From: a virus
Lineage: Duplodnaviria > Caudoviricetes
Direction: 5' to 3' (one strand)
DNA length: 64,000 nucleotides
Virus record (IMG/VR): IMGVR_UViG_3300020037_003306
Span: 14,690 to 78,689 of that record
The notes beneath the pieces are model-generated. The model did no database searches and was not told the DNA's origin. It saw only the letters and a list, made by a program, of their open reading frames with translations. Both the position numbers and the translations under genes were made by a program. Below are positions 45,106-55,265 of the stretch, piece after piece. The number at the start of each line of letters is the position of its first letter. Position 1 is the stretch's first letter.

Positions 45106-47190
45106 ATGACAACTGAAGAAAAACTATTGCAAGAAATTGCAAAAAGACTTGATAAAATAGAAAAAGCTATATCTACAGGTGGAGGAGGATTACCTGTTGG
45201 AGCTGCTACTGAGACTACACTTTCTTCCATTAATACTAAAGTTGCTACTGAAACTACATTACAATCAGTAGCAACGGCTCTTAGTGCTTTGAAAGATGGT
45301 GAATTTAGAGTATTATCAGACCCTAATGATAATGATAGACTTGTAGGTTTAACTGCAGATATGACAAATCCCGCTGCACCTGTTTATGTTTATCGTTATC
45401 TTGATAATAATACTCCTTATACTGGTAATATTAATGATTTAGAAGCAGGTACTGTAGGTTCTACTAATGCACTTACACTTTACAGACCTCCTGTTTATTA
45501 TCTTGCAATGGATGGTATTTTACCTAATTCGCCAACGGTTGATACAAATATTACTGTTGGGTACAACAATGGGTTAAATGGTGTTAGTGTATCTGATGAT
45601 GGAGGCGCAGTAGCGAGTTTAGGTACTCTTGCTGATTTTGCTGCATTAATTACTGGCTTAAATAGTTTTCAAACAGCATTTGAATTTTTTGAATTAACTC
45701 CTACTCAAATTGCTAAAACAGGCAAAACTGTAAGTCTAATTGGTATTAGAAGTAGAGATAATTTAATTCCAAATCAATGGGCTGATATTATGGGGCTATC
45801 TGTTGATGGTATTGGTCTAGCTCCAACACTTTACAGACTATCTGATGAAACAACTACGGCAGATGTTATTCTTGATAGAACTGAAACAATTAAAGAAGCA
45901 AGTTTAGCTTCTACTGGAAGATTAGCTGCACTTGTTGGTTTAGTAACTGCTATTTATACTTTCCTTAATATTACACTAACTGGTTGGTTTAGACCTACGA
46001 AAGCTATCATTGATGGTGCTGGTAGATGGAGAGTAAGTGAACCTGCGACTATTTTTAACAGTAAACTAATTGTTGATGCTGCACCTTTAATATGGGATGA
46101 CCAATTAGTTAGTGGTAGCGGTGGGAGTAGTACTCATTTTCCTAATAAAGCTTGTGTTACTTTATCCGTCGGTGCAGCAGCTTGTTCTCGTATTCGTCAA
46201 ACATTTATGCACTTTAATTATCAAAGTGCTAAAAGTCAACTTATTGAAATTACTGGTAAACTATCTACAACAGGAGGTTCTGCTGACATTGAAACAGGTT
46301 TTGGATATGGTAATGAAAAGAATGGTATCTTTGTTAAGCACGTTAATGGTATTACATATTTAGGTTTGCGTACTTTTGTGAGCGGTGTAGCTGTTGAAAC
46401 TTGGGAAAATTCTGCAAATTGGAATGAGTTTGCTGGAATAAATATCACTCCTGGATATTTGCAAGTACTTGTTATTGATTTCCAATGGTTAGGCGCAGGT
46501 GATGTTAGAGTTGGTTTTAAAATTGATGATAAGATTGTATATGTACACACTTTTAAAAATACCAATATTAGAGATACTGTATTTATGAGTACGCCAAATC
46601 TTCCAATAAGATATTGGATTACTAAAACAGCAGGTGTTGCAGTCGATTCTATTGATTGTGTTTGTGCTGCTGTTATTCAAGAAGGTGGTACAGAAGATAT
46701 TGGAATACTACGTTATAGTGAAGCGAATACAACTCCAATTACTTGTGCAGTTGTTGGAACAACTTATATTTTAAAAGCATTTAAACTTAAAACTACTCAT
46801 TTTAGTATGAGTGTTAAAATCGTTAATATAAGTATTACTTGTAACAGTAATGATAATTATGAATGGGAACTTGTTCGAGGAGGTACTGTAACAAATGTTG
46901 GAGCGGCTGCTCCTCTTAATTTTATTGGAGAAACTAATGGAGCTATTGAAGTTGCACAAGGTGCAACAGGTGGAGGTGCTGGTAATCATACATTAGCAGG
47001 CGATACAAAGTTAGCAGGCGGAGTTGTTAAAGCATCTGCATCTAGCGGAGATGTTACTTTAGGTATTCCTAATAGTCTATTACTCGGTTCTAATATTGCA
47101 GGTACTCCTGATGTTTTTTATCTTTGTGTACGTCCACTTACAGCAACTGCTGATTTTCATTGTAGTTTAACACGTAGAGAAATTTTTTAA
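45106..47190 (+). CDS. Putative tail fibre/spike (receptor-binding) protein
   Basis: 694 aa; N-terminal coil and ATETTL repeats, C-terminal lectin-like beta domain (GRWRVSEP...IDFQWLGAGDVRVGF...MSTPNLPIRY). Confidence 0.6.
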   Translation: MTTEEKLLQEIAKRLDKIEKAISTGGGGLPVGAATETTLSSINTKVATETTLQSVATALSALKDGEFRVLSDPNDNDRLVGLTADMTNPAAPVYVYRYLDNNTPYTGNINDLEAGTVGSTNALTLYRPPVYYLAMDGILPNSPTVDTNITVGYNNGLNGVSVSDDGGAVASLGTLADFAALITGLNSFQTAFEFFELTPTQIAKTGKTVSLIGIRSRDNLIPNQWADIMGLSVDGIGLAPTLYRLSDETTTADVILDRTETIKEASLASTGRLAALVGLVTAIYTFLNITLTGWFRPTKAIIDGAGRWRVSEPATIFNSKLIVDAAPLIWDDQLVSGSGGSSTHFPNKACVTLSVGAAACSRIRQTFMHFNYQSAKSQLIEITGKLSTTGGSADIETGFGYGNEKNGIFVKHVNGITYLGLRTFVSGVAVETWENSANWNEFAGINITPGYLQVLVIDFQWLGAGDVRVGFKIDDKIVYVHTFKNTNIRDTVFMSTPNLPIRYWITKTAGVAVDSIDCVCAAVIQEGGTEDIGILRYSEANTTPITCAVVGTTYILKAFKLKTTHFSMSVKIVNISITCNSNDNYEWELVRGGTVTNVGAAAPLNFIGETNGAIEVAQGATGGGAGNHTLAGDTKLAGGVVKASASSGDVTLGIPNSLLLGSNIAGTPDVFYLCVRPLTATADFHCSLTRREIF

Positions 47191-47191
47191 T

Positions 47192-47824
47192 ATGGCAACC
47201 CTTAATCAAATTGCTACTGCTTATGGTGATAGTGTTAATCAACACTTTAATATTATTCTTCTTGAAAGAATAAAATTTCACATTAGACATTTAAGAGCAA
47301 AATTTATTCGACAAGATTTTGAAAAGAACGGAATTAGTCGTAATGTTATAGCGTCTTACGTTGATAAGTTAATCTCTGTTGATAGACTTGATAGTTGTCT
47401 AATTGAATTAGGTTGTACTGTTCTCCGTACTGAAAAAAAAGTTCCTAAAACTGTTCAGCTTAAAGGTGCTACATTTCAGTACGTAGGTGGTCTTGATTAT
47501 ATGGATAATGGTTGGGGAGAGATTGATACATCTCAAATCGCTACTATTCAATATAGTCATTGGACTGCTAACTGTACAAGGTACTACTATTTAGATGATT
47601 ATATTTATGTCATTACAAAAGGTAAATTTAAATTTATTAGAATTGAAGCTGTGTATGAAGACCCTGAAGCTGTTGCTGCTGTGTGTAATTCTGCAGATTG
47701 TCTAACTGATGATGATGAATTTCCTATTAGTGCTCACATGATTGATTTAATTTACGATAGACTCCGAGCCATTGGAATACTTGGCAATTCTACTGACGAT
47801 AAAGAAATTGGAAATGATGATTGA
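47192..47824 (+). CDS. Tail ring protein
   Basis: 210 aa; YYYLDDYIYV...FIRIEAVYEDPE...DDDEFPISAHMID is typical of crAss ring/tail tubular proteins. Confidence 0.7.
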   Translation: MATLNQIATAYGDSVNQHFNIILLERIKFHIRHLRAKFIRQDFEKNGISRNVIASYVDKLISVDRLDSCLIELGCTVLRTEKKVPKTVQLKGATFQYVGGLDYMDNGWGEIDTSQIATIQYSHWTANCTRYYYLDDYIYVITKGKFKFIRIEAVYEDPEAVAAVCNSADCLTDDDEFPISAHMIDLIYDRLRAIGILGNSTDDKEIGNDD

Positions 47825-48617
47825 CACTAAAGAAATGTTTAAGTGTTACGTTGCAGGTTTGAAAAATAACATTGTAAATAGTAAACAAACAATTGAAAAT
47901 TGCGAATTGAATGTTAAAAACTCTACTAAGAAATTAGTAGAGTTAAAACATTTTATTGAAAAGGAACTAGAAATTAGTTTCGATGTTATTTTAAGTAATA
48001 CTTCAAAGATTGCTTTAAGTAATACTTTAAAATCTAAGAAACGTGCAATGCGTTTTGCTTTTAACCAAAAGGTTGATTATGTTAAACTACATAGTAACAT
48101 TATTGCTGAAAATAATTATATTATTAAACAATTAAAAGAAAGTGCTGCTGATAGTAAAAAAAGTGTGATTAAGTTTAAACTTTATAAATTTATTGTTAAC
48201 CTTTTTAATGAATCAATTTGTGATTATATTATTAAAGAAGGTTATACTTTACGAATGGGACATAATCTTGGTAATATTTATATTGCTAGAAAACTTCGTT
48301 CCCAACAACGTCCTATTGATTGGGGCGCATCTAATAAAATTAAAGCGTCAATTATAGCTGACGGAAAAGTTCCTTATAATAAAGAAACTGCTCCCGAAGG
48401 TGAGAAATATATTGTTTACCATGATAGTAAATACGCTAATTATTGGTTTTGGACTAAATTTGCGTGTGCTGTTAAAAATCGAGATTTCTTTTCTTTTAAT
48501 CCTACAAAAGGAGATTTCGGTAATGTTAAAAAATTGCATAAATATGCTAATAATAATCCTTCCGTTAATGTTAAATATAAATTGAAACATCATGTCAAAA
48601 TATCAAATGATTTCTAG
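47814..48617 (+). CDS. crAss-type IHF/HU-like protein with N-terminal coiled coil
   Basis: YTLRMGHNLGNIYI...IDWGASNK...GEKYIVYH...WFWTK...FSFNPT; start placed at MMIDTKE. Confidence 0.6.
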   Translation: MMIDTKEMFKCYVAGLKNNIVNSKQTIENCELNVKNSTKKLVELKHFIEKELEISFDVILSNTSKIALSNTLKSKKRAMRFAFNQKVDYVKLHSNIIAENNYIIKQLKESAADSKKSVIKFKLYKFIVNLFNESICDYIIKEGYTLRMGHNLGNIYIARKLRSQQRPIDWGASNKIKASIIADGKVPYNKETAPEGEKYIVYHDSKYANYWFWTKFACAVKNRDFFSFNPTKGDFGNVKKLHKYANNNPSVNVKYKLKHHVKISNDF

Positions 48618-49320
48618 TGGATTTATTGTTGCTAAAATTAATAGAGACCTTAAACCTGTTTATAAAGGCTGGCAAGTAGATGTTATTGATTGGATTGGAG
48701 AAGCTCTCGCTATGATGAAGATTGGTATTGCTTTAGAGAAAACTAATTGTAAAGCACAAGTTAATAATTTTAAGATTAAAATACCATGTCCTGTTGAAGC
48801 CTTGTTTGGTATTACTTTTGAAGGCTGTCCTCTTACTTGGATTAATGGTCATATACTGCCTGGAAAAGTTAGAGAACTTGTCGGCGCTTCTAAAATTACT
48901 TCTATTCATCATTATCAAATTAATGCTAACTTTATTCATTTCTCTTTTGAGAAAGGTGAAGTTGAATTATTTTATAATAAACTTCCAACCGATGAAAGAG
49001 GTTTTCCTACAATTCCTAAAGAGCAGTATGTTATTGAAGCTATTACATGGTATTGTTATCGTCAACTTCTACTTGGTGGTATGCCCCATCCTGTTATCAA
49101 TTTTCAAATGGCTGATATGAAATGGGAAGAGTATTCTGCTCGTGGTACAAATCGTATGAAACAAATGACTGTTCAAGAGAGAGAAGCTTTTGCTAAAAAT
49201 TGGATTTCTATTATACCTTCTCTTGATAGAGGTGATGATTTCTACACTGACGTTTATAAAATGATTGATGTTCCTCAAAACGGTAATATCAATGAATTTC
49301 TTGGAACTACAATTCAATAA
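48592..49320 (+). CDS. Tail ring / tail tubular protein (P22 gp4-like position)
   Basis: 242 aa; VIDWIGEAL...YQINANFIHFSFEKGEVELFY...TDERGFPTIP...EAITWY. Confidence 0.75.
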   Translation: MSKYQMISSGFIVAKINRDLKPVYKGWQVDVIDWIGEALAMMKIGIALEKTNCKAQVNNFKIKIPCPVEALFGITFEGCPLTWINGHILPGKVRELVGASKITSIHHYQINANFIHFSFEKGEVELFYNKLPTDERGFPTIPKEQYVIEAITWYCYRQLLLGGMPHPVINFQMADMKWEEYSARGTNRMKQMTVQEREAFAKNWISIIPSLDRGDDFYTDVYKMIDVPQNGNINEFLGTTIQ

Positions 49321-49323
49321 ACA

Positions 49324-52300
49324 ATGGAACTTACTAAAGGTCTATATAAAAATATTAGTAAAAGTAAAATCCCTCAAGGACATTGGAATGATGCTCGTAA
49401 TATTGTAGTATCTCAAAAAGACCGTAATGTTACTGTCGAAGAAGGTTTTAATTTATTACATACTATTAATGGAGTTTTAATTGGAAGAATTGAAACTAAT
49501 ACAAAAGTAATCTTGTTTATTCAAGATTCTACATTTGGTGAAATTTATCTTCTTAATGAATTGAATGTTCTTACTCTTATTTTAAGAAGTGATAGATTAA
49601 ATTTCAATATTGATAATCCTATTGAAGGTGTATTTACTTACAATAATAAACGTGAGTTTATCATTTCATGGTGGGACGGACTTGCTGATAGTGCTAATCC
49701 TCCACGGATTCTTAATATTGACTGTTTACCTTTTGATGTAGATGTTAATAAAGAACCTGTCAATCCTGATAATATCGCTCTTCTTCAACTTTTCCCTGAC
49801 CTTGGTTCTGCTGAATTTGAATTATTAGAAGTTGCTAATACTGGTGGTAATATATTTAGCGGAGTTTATGCTTTTGTTTATGCTTATGTATTAGAAGATG
49901 GAACAGTATCTAATTTTACAGGTTTGTCTAATTGGATTCCTATTGTTAGAGCTTACGATACTGAAACATTTATTGCTTTTGATGGCGTTAAATCTGATAC
50001 ATTTACTGGTAAATCCATTAAACTAAAACTTAAAAATTTAGATACTAATTTTAAAAGACTTCAAATTGGAGTTGTTAAAAAGAATGGCGGTATTATTTCA
50101 ACTACTACTTTAGAAACTGTTGATATTTATTCAACGGATTATGAGTTTACTTATAGTGGTTTACAACTTGAAAAAGATATTGATATTGTTTCTCTTTTAA
50201 CTCCAACTACTGCTTTTAAACGTGTTAAAACTGGAGTTGTTCTTGAAAATAGATTACATGTTGCTAACTCTAAAACACAAGAAAGATTTAATTTTCAACC
50301 TTACGCTAATAATATTAAAGTAGAGTGGGTTCGTGAAGATAATATTAATCTAGCTAAAATAGAAAATTCATATAAAGATGTAATGCTTCTTTTTGATAAA
50401 AAAGGTTTTAGTACTGATAGTGTTTATGCTCCTGTAATTGTTTTTAAATTACTTGACGGTACATTTAGTGAGGCTTTTCATATCCCTAATGTCGAGTCTA
50501 GACTTATTCCTGGATATGCACCTTTTAAATCTAATGATTTAATCAGTGCTATTAATGCTGTATATCCTGAAACTAGATTTACAGAAGCTCTTTTAGTTTC
50601 TGCTACAGGTCGTTATCATGAATTTTTTAATGATGCACTTTCTACTGGAGAAATGGGTTATTGGGAAAATCAAAATGAACTTTATCCTGATGAAGATTGT
50701 TCTGATATTAAAGATAACACTGGTACAGTTATTGATACTTTACGGAATAAGAAAATAAGACATCATAAATTTCCTGCGGTTCATCAATTACAAACTTGGG
50801 GAAATCCTTTTTATGTACCCAGTACAGGTACTCCTATAACTCGCGTTGCAAGTACTCAAGCTAGTGCCTGGGGTGTGTCTGCAACTCGACGTTTAAGTTT
50901 TGGTACAGCTACTTCTGTTAATCCTGCTTATTTTACATTAGTTACGACAACTGACCAATTTGAATTAGTTGCAGTACAAGATTTAGTTGTTAATTTGACT
51001 TTTAAAGTTAATATTACTAATGTTGTTAATCCAACTTATTGGCGCATTCTTACTAAGAAACCTGGTCAATCTGCTTTTACTGTAAGGGAAGTTTTTCTCG
51101 ATAATAACTTATTTACAAATGCTAATGAATTTATAGATATTAAAGAAAAAATAACTGTTATAGCGGGTGAAACAATTTTCTTTACTGCTGATGTACGTGA
51201 TATAATTATATCATACCCCGTTGTTACTAGTAGCGAACTTGCGATTGATGTAGATACAACTTATGAAAGTGACGGTACTTCAAAAGTATTAGGTTTTAAA
51301 CTAACAGATATTTTCATTCCTCAAGAAATTAAAGATAATATAAGCGGATTTTATGTTGGCTATCTAAAACGTACAATTGATAATATTACTAAGTTTGCAC
51401 AAACGAGATTTACAACTGTTAAAGCGCAAGCTGTTTATAATTTTGACGTTAAATTAATTGAACCGCCTGTTAGTGTTAATTACGTTAAACCTGAAATTCA
51501 TTATACAGCTGGTAACGGTAATTTATTATTTAATACTAATATTACTAGTATCTCTAATGAAATAAGAGCTGTTAATACTTTTCAATATTTTCCTAAAGAT
51601 ATTGTAGCTTTTTATAATGGTTTGAGAATTGATACAACAAAAGATAAAGCTAGTATTTTAGTTTTTGAATTAGTAAATAATCTTTCAACTGGTGCTCGTA
51701 CAACTGGTGCTGTTTATCAATATAAAACTGATTTATACCCTCGTAATAATTTACAAAAAGTAGTAATTATTCCGAAAGTACAAAATGATATAACAACTCC
51801 TGTTTTATATGGAGGTGATACTACTATCGGCGCTATACAATTTTCTTCTTTTGCTCCTGAAGGTTTTTATAGAAATTTAACATGGAATATTACTAATGGA
51901 AATGTTGATATAGATATACAAGAATCTGCATCTACTTTTGGATTTCGTTATGAAGACTTACCTGTTCAAGATTTGTATTTACCTAAAAGTAACTTTAGTG
52001 AAACAAATGAGGCTTATCTTTATAATCTCGATTATAATTCTCTTAACGAATTAATTCCAATTATAATAGCTAAATGTTTTGGCGACTGTAACCCTTTAGA
52101 ACCTACTAATACATTTCCTTTTAGAATTGCTAGAAGTCCAGTTCAATCTACTGAAGCTAATATTATTAATTGGCGAAAATTTAGAACTAATGATTATTAT
52201 GAGATGCCTGATAAAGATAAAGGTGAGATTTGGAAAATTCAAGCTTTTAATCGTACACTTCTTATTTATCAAAAGTATGCGATGTTTGTTGCTACTCCTA

Positions 52301-53307
52301 AAGATTTGTTGAGAACTGATAGTGTTACAGCTGCTTTAGGTCAAGGAGATATATTTGATAGAAAACCTGATGAATTGATTCCTGACGGAAAAGGTTATGC
52401 TGGTAATCAAAGTCAATGGGCTAGTTTTATTTGTAAATATGGTGCAATTCATGTTGACGCTCAACAAGGAAAAGTATTTCTTTTTGATAGTACTCTTAAA
52501 GAAATTTCTAATCAAGGAATGTATCACTTCTTTCAAGATTTACGTGATAAAATAGAAAAGATTGATAATCCATTTAATAGTATTGGATGGACAGCTTCGT
52601 TTGATGCTAAATATAATCGTTTACTTTTAACTAAACATATTGTAGGTGGTGCGTCTATTACTATATCTTATTCATTTGAGCATAATGCTTGGATTTGTGA
52701 ACATGATTATTTACCTAATGCTATTTTTTATACTAGAGATAGATTGTTAAGTGTGGAGAACAACCTTATTACAGGCGAATGTAAAGTATTTGAACATAAT
52801 ATTCCTACTAAATTTGGTAAATTCTATTCTGATGTTATTATATATCCTAGTTATATTGAACCAATTTTTAATCTCGGAGATGAGGCGAATGTTGCACTTC
52901 TTTGGAAAACTATTCTTTGGTTAACTACGGTAGAAAGTGCAGACGGAAATACAATTTATTATGATGAAACTTTTACATCACTTCTTGCGTATAATGATAA
53001 TCAATGTACAGGTGTGATTAATTTAGAAAAAGAATTTACACTTTCACTTATCCGTGAGAATATTCGTAATGTTGAGTATAATTGGAAGTTTAATGAACTG
53101 CGTGATATTGTTGTTGATAGAAATCTTCCAATTATTAACAAAAATGGCACTATTAATACAAGTAACTTAAATAGTGCTATACAATGGTACTCTAAGTCAA
53201 AATTTATTAGTAAATTTATAGCCGTTAGACTTGTGTATAATAATATAGCACAAAAAAGATTGAGTTTAGAATACGTTACTATAACCGCAAACAAAAGTAT
53301 AAGATAA
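49324..53307 (+). CDS. Muzzle / tail stabilisation protein
   Basis: 1327 aa; begins ELTKGLYKNISKSKIPQGHWNDARNI, beta-propeller-like repeats, WTASFD...WICEHDY, WKFNELRD. Confidence 0.8.
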   Translation: MELTKGLYKNISKSKIPQGHWNDARNIVVSQKDRNVTVEEGFNLLHTINGVLIGRIETNTKVILFIQDSTFGEIYLLNELNVLTLILRSDRLNFNIDNPIEGVFTYNNKREFIISWWDGLADSANPPRILNIDCLPFDVDVNKEPVNPDNIALLQLFPDLGSAEFELLEVANTGGNIFSGVYAFVYAYVLEDGTVSNFTGLSNWIPIVRAYDTETFIAFDGVKSDTFTGKSIKLKLKNLDTNFKRLQIGVVKKNGGIISTTTLETVDIYSTDYEFTYSGLQLEKDIDIVSLLTPTTAFKRVKTGVVLENRLHVANSKTQERFNFQPYANNIKVEWVREDNINLAKIENSYKDVMLLFDKKGFSTDSVYAPVIVFKLLDGTFSEAFHIPNVESRLIPGYAPFKSNDLISAINAVYPETRFTEALLVSATGRYHEFFNDALSTGEMGYWENQNELYPDEDCSDIKDNTGTVIDTLRNKKIRHHKFPAVHQLQTWGNPFYVPSTGTPITRVASTQASAWGVSATRRLSFGTATSVNPAYFTLVTTTDQFELVAVQDLVVNLTFKVNITNVVNPTYWRILTKKPGQSAFTVREVFLDNNLFTNANEFIDIKEKITVIAGETIFFTADVRDIIISYPVVTSSELAIDVDTTYESDGTSKVLGFKLTDIFIPQEIKDNISGFYVGYLKRTIDNITKFAQTRFTTVKAQAVYNFDVKLIEPPVSVNYVKPEIHYTAGNGNLLFNTNITSISNEIRAVNTFQYFPKDIVAFYNGLRIDTTKDKASILVFELVNNLSTGARTTGAVYQYKTDLYPRNNLQKVVIIPKVQNDITTPVLYGGDTTIGAIQFSSFAPEGFYRNLTWNITNGNVDIDIQESASTFGFRYEDLPVQDLYLPKSNFSETNEAYLYNLDYNSLNELIPIIIAKCFGDCNPLEPTNTFPFRIARSPVQSTEANIINWRKFRTNDYYEMPDKDKGEIWKIQAFNRTLLIYQKYAMFVATPKDLLRTDSVTAALGQGDIFDRKPDELIPDGKGYAGNQSQWASFICKYGAIHVDAQQGKVFLFDSTLKEISNQGMYHFFQDLRDKIEKIDNPFNSIGWTASFDAKYNRLLLTKHIVGGASITISYSFEHNAWICEHDYLPNAIFYTRDRLLSVENNLITGECKVFEHNIPTKFGKFYSDVIIYPSYIEPIFNLGDEANVALLWKTILWLTTVESADGNTIYYDETFTSLLAYNDNQCTGVINLEKEFTLSLIRENIRNVEYNWKFNELRDIVVDRNLPIINKNGTINTSNLNSAIQWYSKSKFISKFIAVRLVYNNIAQKRLSLEYVTITANKSIR

Positions 53308-55196
53308 TGAAAAAACTACTGAAAATTAAAGGTAAGAAACCAATTCTTGAAAATGGTGGATATACATTTGCTACTGCTGGCAATGCAAACGATATGACTA
53401 TTAAAGGGACTAAAAAATACTCTAAAGGTAATTATAATAATAATTATAATCCTCAAACAGTAGAAACTATAATGAATGGTGTTAATACCGGAGGTACACT
53501 TTTAAGTACTTCTGCTGAACGTCCTGATGGAACTGTTGATGCAGGCGCATTTACAGGAGGTGAAGTTTTAAAAGGAGTTAGTACTGGGTCTAATATAGGA
53601 GGTTTTCTTGGACCGATTGGTAATGTTATCGGTGGAGCTTTAGGTGCTGTCGGCGGTGCTATTTACGGCAGTGTTACTGCCGATAATAGAAATAGGCTTG
53701 CTGAGAAAACATTACATGAAGAAAATGTTAGAAAGCGAAAAGAAGAGCAAATTAGAGTTGATACTATTTTATCTGATTATCCTACACATGGCGTTGTCGG
53801 TAATGAATATTATCAAAAGTTTGGAGGTAAAATTAAATATAGCTTAGGAGGGACAGTAATGCCGCCTGTACTAAAAGGTGGTAGATTGGACGAAACAAGT
53901 AGTGATACTGCAACTGCTAAAGGACAAACTCATGCACAAGGCGGAATTGAATTACCTAACGCTGAAATTGAAAAAAATGAAGTACTTCACGATACAGGAA
54001 ATGCAATTAATGTATTTAGTGATAAACTTTTCATTAAACCTGGTGTTACATTTGCAGCACAAGCTGACATTCTTTCTAAAAAGAAAGGTAAACTTGAAGA
54101 AACTCTTGAATCATCAACATCTGTTTTTGCTAAGAACTCTGCTAAAAGAATGATGCAAAATCTTGATACTGAATTAAAAAGTTTACATCAAGCTCAAGAA
54201 GCTATGAAGCCTACTCCTCAAAATCCTCAACAACAAGTTATGGCAGGTGGAGGTATTTATAAAAAGAGTTATGCTACTAATTTTGAAAAAGCTTTACCTT
54301 ATGTTGACAATGCTGTAAATGCAATTTTAACTCAAAGAACTCCTGAGATTCCTGAGCCTGTTTATGATAAAGTTGTTCCTATGAAAACAAATTTTAATAT
54401 AAATCCGCAATTAATTGAGAATAAAAATCAATTGGCAAATCTTCAAACTACATTACAGGAGAATACTTCTGGAAGTAATGATTTTCGTAATAATGTGATT
54501 GCTGCTAATCTTGCAGCAACCGCTAATACTAATAAATTATACGGTCAAAAAGAAAATACTGAAACTCAACTAATCAATATGAATAGAATGAATACTCAGC
54601 AAGTTGGCAATGTAAATGTTGGTAAAGAAAATCAATATCGTACTAATAAGATGATGCGTATTGATGATATCCATCAACGTATTTCTATGAACGCTGCAAA
54701 CGCTTCTACCGATGCTCAAATGCAAGTTGCTCAACAAAATCAATATGAAAGAGATTTAGCTGAACTTGACCTTTTGAAAACTCGTTATAAAGAAACTGGA
54801 GTTTGGGATAGAAATGTTGAAGCTACATTTAATTCTCTATTGAAAGGGGATATTGATATGAATACATTTGGTCAAAAACTCGCAGAAGCTGGTCTTGATA
54901 TTAGTGAATTTTTCAATAAAGCAAAAAACAAAAAAGACGCTAAAGCTACTAGACTTGCAAAAGAATTTGCATCAATTGAAGCTGTTAATATTCAACCTCC
55001 TGCTGGTAAAACATATCCTACTAAAGTACCTATTACTACAAGCGTTCCTCTTAAAGATAGGAATATAGGTCGAGAAAATAATACATCACCTAATAATTTT
55101 TACGGTGAACCTGTACAATTAGGGAGTGGTGTAAATTTCGACCAACCTGATGCTCGGGGAACTAAAAAGATTAAATACAAAAAACGTAAAAAATAA
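53307..55196 (+). CDS. Cargo (ejection) protein 1-like
   Basis: 629 aa; Gly-rich TM pair IGGFLGPIGNVIGGALGAVGGAIYG, GQTHAQGGI...EIEKNEV motif, N/Q-rich coiled region; position after the muzzle gene. Confidence 0.65.
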   Translation: MKKLLKIKGKKPILENGGYTFATAGNANDMTIKGTKKYSKGNYNNNYNPQTVETIMNGVNTGGTLLSTSAERPDGTVDAGAFTGGEVLKGVSTGSNIGGFLGPIGNVIGGALGAVGGAIYGSVTADNRNRLAEKTLHEENVRKRKEEQIRVDTILSDYPTHGVVGNEYYQKFGGKIKYSLGGTVMPPVLKGGRLDETSSDTATAKGQTHAQGGIELPNAEIEKNEVLHDTGNAINVFSDKLFIKPGVTFAAQADILSKKKGKLEETLESSTSVFAKNSAKRMMQNLDTELKSLHQAQEAMKPTPQNPQQQVMAGGGIYKKSYATNFEKALPYVDNAVNAILTQRTPEIPEPVYDKVVPMKTNFNINPQLIENKNQLANLQTTLQENTSGSNDFRNNVIAANLAATANTNKLYGQKENTETQLINMNRMNTQQVGNVNVGKENQYRTNKMMRIDDIHQRISMNAANASTDAQMQVAQQNQYERDLAELDLLKTRYKETGVWDRNVEATFNSLLKGDIDMNTFGQKLAEAGLDISEFFNKAKNKKDAKATRLAKEFASIEAVNIQPPAGKTYPTKVPITTSVPLKDRNIGRENNTSPNNFYGEPVQLGSGVNFDQPDARGTKKIKYKKRKK

Positions 55197-55205
55197 CATT
55201 ATCTT

Positions 55206-55242
55206 AATCCAACTAGCTAAACTTATAAGCTAGTTGGATTTT
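55206..55242 (+). terminator. Intrinsic terminator
   Basis: AATCCAACTAGCT/AGCTAGTTGGATT perfect 13-bp stem followed by TT. Confidence 0.75.
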
Positions 55243-55265
55243 GTATATCTAAACAAAATAAAGTT

